Below are positions 15,702 through 24,851 of a stretch of 28,306 nt of DNA, one piece after another. The position numbers were made by a program, and so were the translations under genes. Every line of letters starts with the position of its first letter. Within the stretch, counting starts at the first letter, position 1. Location of the stretch: positions 1 through 28,306 of the IMG/VR virus record IMGVR_UViG_3300043117_000434; one strand, written 5' to 3'. Origin of the DNA: a virus (taxonomy: Duplodnaviria; Caudoviricetes). Under the pieces are notes generated by a model, which was given only the letters and a program-made list of their open reading frames with translations, was not told the DNA's origin and ran no database searches.

Positions 15702-17672
15702 ATGACTGTTTGGACTGATACATTTACTGGGAACAATGGTGATTCGCCTGATACATCTTATTGGACTACCAATGAGTCTGCCAATGGAACTATAGAAATC
15801 CAATCCAATGAACTTCGTTTTGTTGTAAATACTGATGCAGTTTCTGAGAATAATCACATTGTTTCTAAATTCAATGTTTCTGGTGACTTTGATATCCAGT
15901 TAGATTTTAATGATATGGCTTGCTCTGGGGCAGTTGCTCCTACCGGCATTGAGCTAAGATTTGTAATCAGTAGTGGTCAAGATGAAGTTATGGTTAGGAC
16001 TAGATGGCCTTTGGCTACTTATGGATATCAAGGAAGAATATGTATTGATGGTGTTTATGATAGTCAGTACGACTCACGAGCTAGTGATTATGGAAAGCTG
16101 AGAATAGTAAGAAGTGGAAGCACAATAACTTGTTATTGTGATGATGGTGCAGAGTCTGGTTGGACTTCACTTAATACAGATTCTGGTTTTAGTACTGAAG
16201 CTGGATGTATTTATATCTCCCAGTTTTCTGAGGCCAGTGAAAATGAGTTTACTGTTGATGTCGATAATTTTACTGTAGAGACGGGTACATTAGATGGAAC
16301 GCCTTCTCCCTCTGAAAGCCCAAGTGAGTCACCTTCTGAGAGTCCGAGTTTAAGCCCATCAGCTAGTGAGTCTCCGTCTGAAAGCCCGAGTTTAAGCCCA
16401 TCAGCTAGTGAGAGTCCAAGTGAGTCACCTTCTGAGAGTCCGAGTGAGTCACCTTCTGAGAGTCCGAGTTTAAGCCCATCAGCTAGTGAGTCTCCGTCTG
16501 AAAGCCCGAGCCTAAGTCCATCAGCTAGTGAGAGTCCAAGTGAGTCTCCTTCTGAGAGTCCAAGTGAGTCTCCTTCTGAGAGCCCGAGCCTAAGTCCATC
16601 AGCTAGTGAGAGTCCAAGTGAGTCTCCTTCTGAGAGTCCAAGTGAGTCTCCTTCTGAGAGCCCGAGCCTAAGTCCATCAGCTAGTGAGTCTCCTTCTGAG
16701 AGTCCGAGTTTAAGCCCATCAGCTAGTGAGAGTCCAAGTGAGTCACCTTCTGAGAGTCCGAGTGAGTCACCTTCTGAGAGCCCGAGCCTAAGCCCATCAG
16801 CTAGTGAGAGTCCAAGTGAGTCTCCTTCTGAGAGTCCAAGTGAGTCTCCTTCTGAGAGTCCAAGTGAGTCACCTTCTGAGAGTCCGAGTTTAAGTCCATC
16901 TTCGAGTGAGAGTCCAAGTGAGTCTCCTTCTGAGAGTCCAAGTGAATCTCCCTCTGAAGAAACAGATACTGATTTACTAGATGGTTGGCTTTTTGTAGGG
17001 CACGTAGGAGATTTGAGTGGGGATGTTTCTCCTCCAACATGTAATGCTGCTGGAGTTTTTAGAAACGCAAGACTTGGCGGCACTGTTCCTCCTCTTGAAG
17101 CAACATTCACACGAGGAAAAACTATTTCAGAGAGTATGCCTTCTATTAGTGGAGCCTTTACAGGAACCTTTAGAAGATCTGCTGGCCTTTCAGGGAATAT
17201 TTCCTCAGTGGATGGATCTCTTGCTAGAGGCTTAGTATTTGTTTGTACTGCCACAATTCTTGCAGCAGATGGCATTCCTCCTGTTGATGGAACCCTGACA
17301 CTTGTAAAAAATGTATTGGCAGATCTTAGTGGAAATGTGCCTTGTGTAAGCAGTAGTTCCAATGCTTCGCAAGATAATATTTCTTTGTTATCCGGAAGTA
17401 TTCCTTCAATATCTTGTGTATTGACTGCCTATTTTGGAGATGTTTCCCTGTTAAGTGGAGATATTCCATATGTTTCAGGTGGATTTACTGGCTTTTCTGG
17501 AAAAGTATTAACTTTCTCTGCGTCTATTCCCTCTATTGATGGGGAATTTGTTGGAAGCAAAGCAAATGTTGATTTAGAAATTTCTGGGAGTATTCCTGTT
17601 ATTGGCATGTCTGGGTACTCCAATGTAACTTCTTCGCTGATATTAAGGCATAGACGGTGGGAGGTTAGATAG
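15702..17672 (+). CDS. Tail-associated protein: N-terminal ConA-like beta-sandwich, ~218-aa Ser-X repeat stalk, C-terminal beta-repeat region
   Basis: N-terminal DTFTG...SGDFDIQLDF...KLRIVRSGSTITCY...VDNF is a lectin/glucanase-like pattern. SPSE repeats follow, then repeated LSG.IP motifs. Confidence 0.75.
   Translation: MTVWTDTFTGNNGDSPDTSYWTTNESANGTIEIQSNELRFVVNTDAVSENNHIVSKFNVSGDFDIQLDFNDMACSGAVAPTGIELRFVISSGQDEVMVRTRWPLATYGYQGRICIDGVYDSQYDSRASDYGKLRIVRSGSTITCYCDDGAESGWTSLNTDSGFSTEAGCIYISQFSEASENEFTVDVDNFTVETGTLDGTPSPSESPSESPSESPSLSPSASESPSESPSLSPSASESPSESPSESPSESPSESPSLSPSASESPSESPSLSPSASESPSESPSESPSESPSESPSLSPSASESPSESPSESPSESPSESPSLSPSASESPSESPSLSPSASESPSESPSESPSESPSESPSLSPSASESPSESPSESPSESPSESPSESPSESPSLSPSSSESPSESPSESPSESPSEETDTDLLDGWLFVGHVGDLSGDVSPPTCNAAGVFRNARLGGTVPPLEATFTRGKTISESMPSISGAFTGTFRRSAGLSGNISSVDGSLARGLVFVCTATILAADGIPPVDGTLTLVKNVLADLSGNVPCVSSSSNASQDNISLLSGSIPSISCVLTAYFGDVSLLSGDIPYVSGGFTGFSGKVLTFSASIPSIDGEFVGSKANVDLEISGSIPVIGMSGYSNVTSSLILRHRRWEVR
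16302..16957 (+). repeat. Coding tandem repeat (SPSE)n punctuated by 9 SPSLSPS[A/S]SE units
   Basis: 12-nt and 30-nt units such as gagagtccaagt, gagtctccttct and agtttaagcccatcagctagt, with synonymous variation. Confidence 0.95.
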
Positions 17673-17678
17673 TTAGTT

Positions 17679-19634
17679 ATGGGTTGGTTGTCTAGCTGGG
17701 AAAATAGATTAAAGCTTACCATTGACTCTTCTAAGGTCGATACTGCAAATCTGACTAATTTTCCTATTCTTGTCCATTTGTCTAGTACCTCTGGTATTAC
17801 AGATGAAGATGCTACTTATATTTTTGATGAGCTGACCTCTGATGATAACAGAAAGAAGATAGCTGTAACTACTTCTGATGGAGAGACTCAGTGTTACGTC
17901 GAGATAGAGAAGTGGGATGATGCCAATGAAGAGGCTTGGCTGTGGGTAAAGGTTCCAACTGTAGCTTACGATGCGGATACAGACCTTTATTTATATTTTG
18001 ATTCTAGCCAATCTGATAATACAGCCTATGTGGGAGACATAGGAGATACTCCTGCTCAGAATGTCTGGGATTCAAACTTTGTTGGTGTCTGGCACCTATG
18101 CCAAGATCCTAATGGAGATGTGGCTGATGCAATAAAAGACTCTACTTCAAATGGGCATGATGGCACTCCAGCCGGAACAATGACTTCTGCTAACCTTGTT
18201 AGCGGCTCTATAGGAGATAGCATTGACTTTGATGGAACAGATGATCGTCTGGTAGTTTCTGATAGCTCTACCTTGAGAGGAATGTCTGCCATCACTGTAG
18301 AAGTAATGGTTAATGCTGACTCTAAGGCAAATTGGGAAAAATTAATAGATTATGCAGATTCTGTTGATCAGAATGATGATAAAAAATATCGATTGATGTT
18401 TGATTCTGAGGTAGATCAGGGTCTCATGTTTGCTCTGTATAATGACTCTGACGTCTCTATAGGTTATGTGTCGTCAGCAACCTTTCCAACTACTGAGACC
18501 TATGTTGCTGGGGTATACGATGGAACAAGTAATGCTGATGCCGTAAAGATCTATGTTGATAATGCTCTTAGCTCCTCTAGTGCGGGGACAGGAGACGATA
18601 TTAATGATACAGTGGCGGGGGACTTGTGGATTGGCTCAGAGCAATGGAGTCCCCCAAGAAATTCTTATGATGGTATTCTGGATGAGGTGAGAATTTCTAA
18701 TATTGCCAGGGCTGCAGAATGGTTAAAGGCAACATATTACTCTAATACAGACAACTTTGTTACATTTGGTGTAGATGAGAGTCAAAGTGAGTCTCCCTCT
18801 GAAAGCCCTAGCTTAAGTCCATCTTCGAGTGAATCTCCCTCTGAGAGCCCGAGCTTGAGTCCATCTTCGAGTGAATCTCCCTCTGAGAGCCCGAGCTTGA
18901 GTCCATCAGCTAGTGAAAGTCCAAGTGAGTCTCCTTCTGAAAGTCCAAGTTTAAGTCCATCAGCCAGTGAGTCTCCTTCTGAGAGTCCAAGTGAGTCTCC
19001 TTCTGAAAGTCCAAGTTTAAGTCCATCAGCCAGTGAGTCTCCCTCTGAGAGTCCGAGTGAGTCTCCTTCTGAAAGTCCAAGTTTGAGCCCATCAGCTAGT
19101 GAATCTCCAAGCGAGTCTCCTTCTGAGTCTCCCTCTGAGAGTCCTTCTGATGAGCCGTTGGAAGAAGAAGCATACATTTTTGATTATTCTATTCCTGTAA
19201 AAGCTACTACTCAGTACACAAACTATGCGTTTAATTCCATGGTTAAGTTTGGTGATAAATACTTAGGGGCAGATGCAAATGGAATCCATGAGCTCGACGG
19301 AGATACTGACAATGGTCTTGATATTGATGCTTTCTTTGAGCCTATCCTCACTGATTTTGGATTTTCTAATCCCAAACGTGTGAGGTTTATTTATATGGGA
19401 TATGAAGCAGATGGAAATCTTCTGCTTACTCTTGCTGCGGATCAGGGAGCTGAAACAGATATATCAGTTGCTTCGGGAAAGACTCGGCAACAAAGAAAAA
19501 CTATTCCTGGGCTGAGAAGTATTCAGGGAAGATACTTTATGTTTAGAATAAGCAACGTGAATGGGTGTGATTTTGGGGTTGATTCTATTGATGTTGAATG
19601 TTGTGTCATGCCCCAGCATATGAGTTTGTACTGA
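17679..19634 (+). CDS. Tail-associated protein: DUF2341-like + LamG-like domains, ~123-aa Ser-X stalk, C-terminal phage structural domain
   Basis: LTNFPILV...YVEIEKWD...AWLWVKVP...LYLYF (DUF2341 pattern). VGVWHL...IDFDGTDD...GILDEVRIS (LamG pattern). C-terminal TQYTNYAFNSMVKFGDKYLGA...G domain. Confidence 0.8.
   Translation: MGWLSSWENRLKLTIDSSKVDTANLTNFPILVHLSSTSGITDEDATYIFDELTSDDNRKKIAVTTSDGETQCYVEIEKWDDANEEAWLWVKVPTVAYDADTDLYLYFDSSQSDNTAYVGDIGDTPAQNVWDSNFVGVWHLCQDPNGDVADAIKDSTSNGHDGTPAGTMTSANLVSGSIGDSIDFDGTDDRLVVSDSSTLRGMSAITVEVMVNADSKANWEKLIDYADSVDQNDDKKYRLMFDSEVDQGLMFALYNDSDVSIGYVSSATFPTTETYVAGVYDGTSNADAVKIYVDNALSSSSAGTGDDINDTVAGDLWIGSEQWSPPRNSYDGILDEVRISNIARAAEWLKATYYSNTDNFVTFGVDESQSESPSESPSLSPSSSESPSESPSLSPSSSESPSESPSLSPSASESPSESPSESPSLSPSASESPSESPSESPSESPSLSPSASESPSESPSESPSESPSLSPSASESPSESPSESPSESPSDEPLEEEAYIFDYSIPVKATTQYTNYAFNSMVKFGDKYLGADANGIHELDGDTDNGLDIDAFFEPILTDFGFSNPKRVRFIYMGYEADGNLLLTLAADQGAETDISVASGKTRQQRKTIPGLRSIQGRYFMFRISNVNGCDFGVDSIDVECCVMPQHMSLY
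18781..19150 (+). repeat. Coding tandem repeat (SPSE)n punctuated by 6 SPSLSPS[A/S]SE units
   Basis: Same peptide grammar and related codon units as 16302-16957. Confidence 0.95.
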
Positions 19635-21985
19635 TGATATACATTCCCCCAAAGATAATTTTAAAAGGAGATAAGCGAATTACAGAGCCATGGATAGGCT
19701 CTGCTAAAAAACAACTAAATATCCTTGAAGAGGAATTGAAGCTTAGGGGCCTTAATAGGGGAACAAGAAGAAGAAGACTTAGTGATAAAATAGTAGTTGT
19801 AGCTAGAGTTCTTAATAACTTTAGAGATATCACTATTGAGTATAGTAAGGCTGAAAAAATAAAGGAGAAAGAAAAACTACAGGATCTTATTCCAAGATTT
19901 TTTGTATACTTGGCTAGAAAAGTAGGAGAAGAGGAAACAATCGTTTATGAGTACCATTGGATTTATTTTGCTCCCAGTACCTTTGACAAGGAAAAGTATA
20001 ATCAAACTATAGATAAATCCCCGGTAACTATTTCAGAAGATTACATTATGTTTAGCTGGCCTGCTGGGGATACAACTCAGCTAGAGTTAATGAAGAATCA
20101 GCCTATTGGATTGCCTGCATCTGCTATTTTCAAGAATCCACATCGTTTTTCTAAAGCGTTTATGCTGGATGGAAGAAGCAATGAAGATAGAGAAGGAGAT
20201 GTAGATGGAGATGGAAATATAATTGAGAGACCTGAGCGATGGGTAGCTGCTCCTCATCTGCTTACTAAAGATAGGGCTACAATGTTTCTTCCATTGCATG
20301 CATATACAAATGATGACACTGGGAAGCAGTATGGAATTGTTACTGACATTTGTGATATTTTAGATACAGACAAATACCCGGATTATCCGTTGCCTTTTCC
20401 CAATACCCTGTTTTTGTCTTACAAAGAAAATATATTGTTTACTGGGCTAAAGTTTCCAGCTCCTCCCAGACATTTTTATTGTAATACAGAAGAAGGAATT
20501 ATGGTGTGGTATGGTACTAATGTAGATTATGGAAATGATAACTATGATTATATTGGGGGACTTATATATAATATTAGGACAGGATCATTCTACGATTTTT
20601 TAATATACCCGGATGAAGCCGATTCAAAAGGATATGAGGTTTGCTGGGCACTTTATTATGGAAACTCGGAGTTACCCCAAAACTTAATGGCAGATGTTCA
20701 AAGTTTGGATGGCACTTCTCTTGTTGTTGCAATGAGCTGGAATAAAAGACCCATAGAGTATACGTTTACTATGGCTGATTCTTTGATAAGTACAAGAGAA
20801 ATAACTACAGCATATCATACTCGTTGGGTTGGCAATGGTACTGGATTTGAGCAGCAAATACTTACAGAGTGGACCCAGTTTTATGAAGATCCTCCGGCAG
20901 TATCTCAGGAAGACAGTGTTCCGCAGATATATGTTGATGATGACTATGCTCCATGTGGTCCTAGAGTAGATGGAGTATGCTCTGGTTTTTTGGATGGCAG
21001 CAGTTACAAATATGATGGCGGCAGGATTGCTGGGTTTGTTGATCTATTTCATCGACATTCAGATCAAAGTTGGGATCTTTTGGATGTTGTAGTAAAATTG
21101 CTGGTTGATGTAAGAAGGCAGAGTGTTAGTGAGAGCTGTTATAATTATGTTGCTTTTTGTTTAACTACTGGTCCATCCTATGATTGTGGGATTGTTCATA
21201 ACACATATTCAAAATGGAGAGGTGTTCAGGAACAGCTTTTTCAACAGGAAAGTGATGATTACAGAGGATATTGGGTCTGCAACAATGCTCTTGGTTTTGA
21301 GTATAGAAAGCATCGACAATATATCGATGGGGAAGCATGGACTCATGCTTATCATAGAACCCCGATAGGCTGGAGACAGGGATATTTTCCGCAGTGCAGT
21401 GACTGCACTTGTGATTCTGTTCCAACGGAAGATGATTTTAATGACAAGTGTACTTGGGATAAGAACTTTCCACCCTCATATATAGATGAGTCCGGATTTT
21501 CCTTCCCTTGTTTTTATACTATGGATGGTGATGAAATGAGGGGAGATGATTGGATAGCCATAGATTCAGATACGATTAGTTGTGAATATAGTTTTTGGGA
21601 ATGGCTGAGAGAATCTAATAGAGATGATTATTTTTACTATGATCAAGAACTGTTTAATGTAGACGGAAAAATAGAGTTTTCTTATGATGATGTGGACAAT
21701 GTTTATTTTTTGGATGACAGAGCTACTGAAGATAATCAGGGAGTAATTGCTGCTGGAAGAGGCTTATCAGGAACTGTAATAGGTACGAATGTTTGTCTGG
21801 GAACTTCTGAATATGAGCCTGATTTTTGGGAAATACACTGGAAAGTTTGTTGGGATAATGAAGAGGAAGAAATAGTGTGTGAAGATATTGAAGACGAAGA
21901 CCAAGAGTACATAGATATTACTGATTGTTTGCTTGAATGTTTGGATTGTACTAAAGAAGAATTGTTGGATATAGGTTTGATTTAG
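19634..21985 (+). CDS. Large tail-region protein with Cys/aromatic/acidic-rich C-terminal half (start probably ATG 19634)
   Basis: ATG overlaps the upstream stop (TGATG), giving MIYIPPKIILKGDK. Basic N-terminal ~80 aa; about 21 Cys by manual count. Confidence 0.7.
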   Translation: MIYIPPKIILKGDKRITEPWIGSAKKQLNILEEELKLRGLNRGTRRRRLSDKIVVVARVLNNFRDITIEYSKAEKIKEKEKLQDLIPRFFVYLARKVGEEETIVYEYHWIYFAPSTFDKEKYNQTIDKSPVTISEDYIMFSWPAGDTTQLELMKNQPIGLPASAIFKNPHRFSKAFMLDGRSNEDREGDVDGDGNIIERPERWVAAPHLLTKDRATMFLPLHAYTNDDTGKQYGIVTDICDILDTDKYPDYPLPFPNTLFLSYKENILFTGLKFPAPPRHFYCNTEEGIMVWYGTNVDYGNDNYDYIGGLIYNIRTGSFYDFLIYPDEADSKGYEVCWALYYGNSELPQNLMADVQSLDGTSLVVAMSWNKRPIEYTFTMADSLISTREITTAYHTRWVGNGTGFEQQILTEWTQFYEDPPAVSQEDSVPQIYVDDDYAPCGPRVDGVCSGFLDGSSYKYDGGRIAGFVDLFHRHSDQSWDLLDVVVKLLVDVRRQSVSESCYNYVAFCLTTGPSYDCGIVHNTYSKWRGVQEQLFQQESDDYRGYWVCNNALGFEYRKHRQYIDGEAWTHAYHRTPIGWRQGYFPQCSDCTCDSVPTEDDFNDKCTWDKNFPPSYIDESGFSFPCFYTMDGDEMRGDDWIAIDSDTISCEYSFWEWLRESNRDDYFYYDQELFNVDGKIEFSYDDVDNVYFLDDRATEDNQGVIAAGRGLSGTVIGTNVCLGTSEYEPDFWEIHWKVCWDNEEEEIVCEDIEDEDQEYIDITDCLLECLDCTKEELLDIGLI

Positions 21986-22026
21986 CTTATTAATTAGTAT
22001 ACAGTATTCAGCAGGGAGTATATATT

Positions 22027-23988
22027 ATGCCAGTATGGGTTCCCACAACATGGACTCAGGATAAGCTTGTTAATCTTGAAGATGCATCTACTGCTGCACT
22101 GGATAGATTTGAACTTAGCAAAGACTATGTAGATGAGACTTTTGATGCTCTCTCTGATTTTATTACTGACTTAGAGATTCTTGTTTTTCGACTAGACCTT
22201 CCCGAAGCTGAGATAGATGCGATAGGGGAAATCCCTATTCCTGACATAGATGGTCTGTCTTATGAAGATAGGCCAAAACTGGAAGACATTGAGTTTCCTG
22301 ATGTCCCAACAAATACAGCTTTAGTTCCTGATTGGGTAGCTTACCCTTCATTTGATGATCTGGATTTTCCAACTCTGAATGCAGATCCCCCAGAATTTGT
22401 TACTCCAACAAAGCCTGACCATGATTCTATAACTGAGCCCGGAGATCCTCCAGCAATTGATGCAATAGACTACCCCGGATATCCTGAGTATGAGCTCCCC
22501 ACTCCTCCTGAGTTTGAAGGAATAAGCTTTCCGGCTCCTCCCACCATCACTATACCCGAGTTTGAGGGAACAGTTCCCACAGAAGACTGGACTTTGCCTG
22601 GGGACTTTTCTTATGATGAGGCTGAGTATGGCTCGGATATCTGGGCTGATTTAATGGCTAAGGTTTTAAATGATATTCGGAATGGGGGAACTGGTCTTGA
22701 TGTAGATGTAGAGACTGACATTTACAATAGGGGCCTTGCTAGGCAAGAAGCTGAAAACGAGAGATTCTATGAGGAAGTCGAGGATTATTTTGAGGCAAGG
22801 GGATTTGATCTTCCTGTGGGAGCATTAGCTGCCAGACTCTATGAGGCAGGTAGAGAAGTATCTCATAAAAATGATCTGATGAATTATGAGGTGACTATTA
22901 ATCAGGCTGAATTGGCACAGAAAAATACACATTTTGCAATAGAAAAAGGAATTGCTTTAGAAGGAATACTAAGAGATTTTTTCAATGCTCAAGCTACCAG
23001 GGCATTTGAAGCAGCAAGAGCTGTCTTTAGTGCTGGGATAGATATTTTTAATGCTCGAGTAAACAAATTCAATGCACGAGTAGCACTGTACCAGGCACAG
23101 GCTGCAGCTTTTGAATCTAGAGTAAGGGCTGCTCTTGTAGAAGCCGAGATTTTTAAGACTAAGGTAGAGGCCTGCAAAGTCACAGTGGAGTCTCAGGCAG
23201 TTCTTGCCGATATATACAAAACTCGTATTGAAGCCATAGATGTCATTGTAAAAGCATATGCGACTGAGATGGAGTCTGCACGAATAAAAGCAGACGTAGA
23301 GCGCACCAGAATAGAAATCTACAGATCCCAGGTTCAAGCATATTTGGCTAGGATTGAGGCTGATAAGGCAAAGTTTGATGTTTATGTTAAAGAGCTGGAA
23401 GCTGAACAGACTAAGGCTCAAGTATACTCTGAGCAAGTCAAAGCTTATCTTGGAGAAATAGAGGCAACAAAATCTGAGTATGAAACTCAATTGGCTAAAG
23501 CAGATTTGGTTTTAAAACAAAATCAGCTCTTATCTGATCAGTATAAGGCTGAATTGGCTGGATATGAGGCCAGTATGAGTGGATACATTGCAAATGTTAG
23601 TTCCTTGGCGGATATCCAAAAAGCTGCGGCTTCTGCATATAGTGCAGAAACTGAGGCCGAAGGAAGCTGGTTCAGAGCAAAGGTTGAAGAGATGAGAACA
23701 CAGGTATCACGTGCCGGTCTTTTGCTAGATCAAGCAAAAGCGGAAGCTGCTGCTGCTTTAAGTGGGTTTGAATCAATAAACAACTTGAGAATGAAAGGAA
23801 CCGAAAGTTTGATGAATGTTGGAGCCCAGCTTGTTGCCTCAGCGATGAATGCAGTTACTGCAACTGCATCTATAAACTATACAGCTACGGAATCGAGTAC
23901 TGAGAGCTGGTCTCATGAGGAAGGAATCACAGAAAGTCATCCATATGAGGACGCTGAAGCTGCTTCTCAAACTGGAGATGATGAATAG
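22027..23988 (+). CDS. Putative internal virion/ejection or tail protein (Pro-rich acidic N-terminus, long coiled coil)
   Basis: GGGAG SD. P/D/E-rich segment, GGTGL...E..IY.R and ARGFDLPVGAL motifs, then ~350 aa of A/E/Y-rich helix. Confidence 0.65.
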   Translation: MPVWVPTTWTQDKLVNLEDASTAALDRFELSKDYVDETFDALSDFITDLEILVFRLDLPEAEIDAIGEIPIPDIDGLSYEDRPKLEDIEFPDVPTNTALVPDWVAYPSFDDLDFPTLNADPPEFVTPTKPDHDSITEPGDPPAIDAIDYPGYPEYELPTPPEFEGISFPAPPTITIPEFEGTVPTEDWTLPGDFSYDEAEYGSDIWADLMAKVLNDIRNGGTGLDVDVETDIYNRGLARQEAENERFYEEVEDYFEARGFDLPVGALAARLYEAGREVSHKNDLMNYEVTINQAELAQKNTHFAIEKGIALEGILRDFFNAQATRAFEAARAVFSAGIDIFNARVNKFNARVALYQAQAAAFESRVRAALVEAEIFKTKVEACKVTVESQAVLADIYKTRIEAIDVIVKAYATEMESARIKADVERTRIEIYRSQVQAYLARIEADKAKFDVYVKELEAEQTKAQVYSEQVKAYLGEIEATKSEYETQLAKADLVLKQNQLLSDQYKAELAGYEASMSGYIANVSSLADIQKAAASAYSAETEAEGSWFRAKVEEMRTQVSRAGLLLDQAKAEAAAALSGFESINNLRMKGTESLMNVGAQLVASAMNAVTATASINYTATESSTESWSHEEGITESHPYEDAEAASQTGDDE

Positions 23989-24005
23989 TATTGGAGGAGT
24001 ATGAA

Positions 24006-24851
24006 ATGCCAATAACTACTTTAAGAGATAATAGAAAAGTTACGCCATTCAAAGGATATGTGGGGGGTACAAGCAGAAGAATATCATCTGTGCCCAGGCC
24101 TCCAAGAAGCAGGGCTGATTCAAGTGGCTACACTCCAGAGCAGCGACAGGAACTAAAAGAAAGTGCTAGAGCTAGGCATCAAAGGAGAATAGAAGAGTTG
24201 GGCCAAAAGAGGGAAGAGTTGAGAAGTGCTGAGAAGGTGGCATCTATAGCAGCACGAGGAGGGATTGAAAGGGCTAGGGCTCTTGGTGAAGGGCAGCTTA
24301 ATGTTCAGAAATTTATGTCTTCAGAAGAGAAAGCATCACCTAAGTATCGAACTGGAGAGCGAGAATTAAAATTGAGTCAGTATGACACATCTACGCTTGG
24401 CACTGCAACTCCGTTTGTTTCTTATTTCGAAACAGAAACTGGAGAAAAAGTTCCTGTTATGTCTTCTTCTGCCCAAAAAATTATAGATAAATATAAGGAG
24501 GATTATTTGGAAGATCCGGAGTCAGCATTAGAAAATGTTCAGTCTGAACTGGCTCAGCATAAGGAAAGCCTTGATTTGAAAAGACAGGAAATAGATGAAT
24601 GGCTGTCTAGTCCGACTACCAAGACCAATATTACGGCTGAAGATTTGGATGTGATGGAGGGTTACGGGGATGCTGCAGAAGCAAAAATAGATGAAGTGTA
24701 TCGAATGATGGAAGCTTCTGAAGCAGCCAAAATATCCGAAGCTCTTGGAGGAAAAAAGTCCTTGTTGGGATCTTTGTATGAAAGACTTATTACACCTTCT
24801 GAGAAAGCTACTCCATATACGAATCCTCGAGATTATCTTAAAAAAGACTGA
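24006..24851 (+). CDS. Putative ejection/internal virion protein (start probably ATG 24006)
   Basis: GGAGGA at 23993-23998 lies 7 nt before ATG 24006. Charged helical protein preceding the giant ORF. Confidence 0.65.
   Translation: MPITTLRDNRKVTPFKGYVGGTSRRISSVPRPPRSRADSSGYTPEQRQELKESARARHQRRIEELGQKREELRSAEKVASIAARGGIERARALGEGQLNVQKFMSSEEKASPKYRTGERELKLSQYDTSTLGTATPFVSYFETETGEKVPVMSSSAQKIIDKYKEDYLEDPESALENVQSELAQHKESLDLKRQEIDEWLSSPTTKTNITAEDLDVMEGYGDAAEAKIDEVYRMMEASEAAKISEALGGKKSLLGSLYERLITPSEKATPYTNPRDYLKKD

Noticed and set aside
16211-17362. 383-aa antisense ORF with LGLSEGDS repeats (and 18782..19177)
   Set aside because: Shadow frames of the SPSE arrays, open only because the repeat lacks antisense stops.
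15702-21985. Diversity-generating retroelement or invertase-driven tail switching
   Set aside because: No reverse transcriptase, recombinase, adenine-mismatched TR/VR pair or inverted cassette seen in this window.
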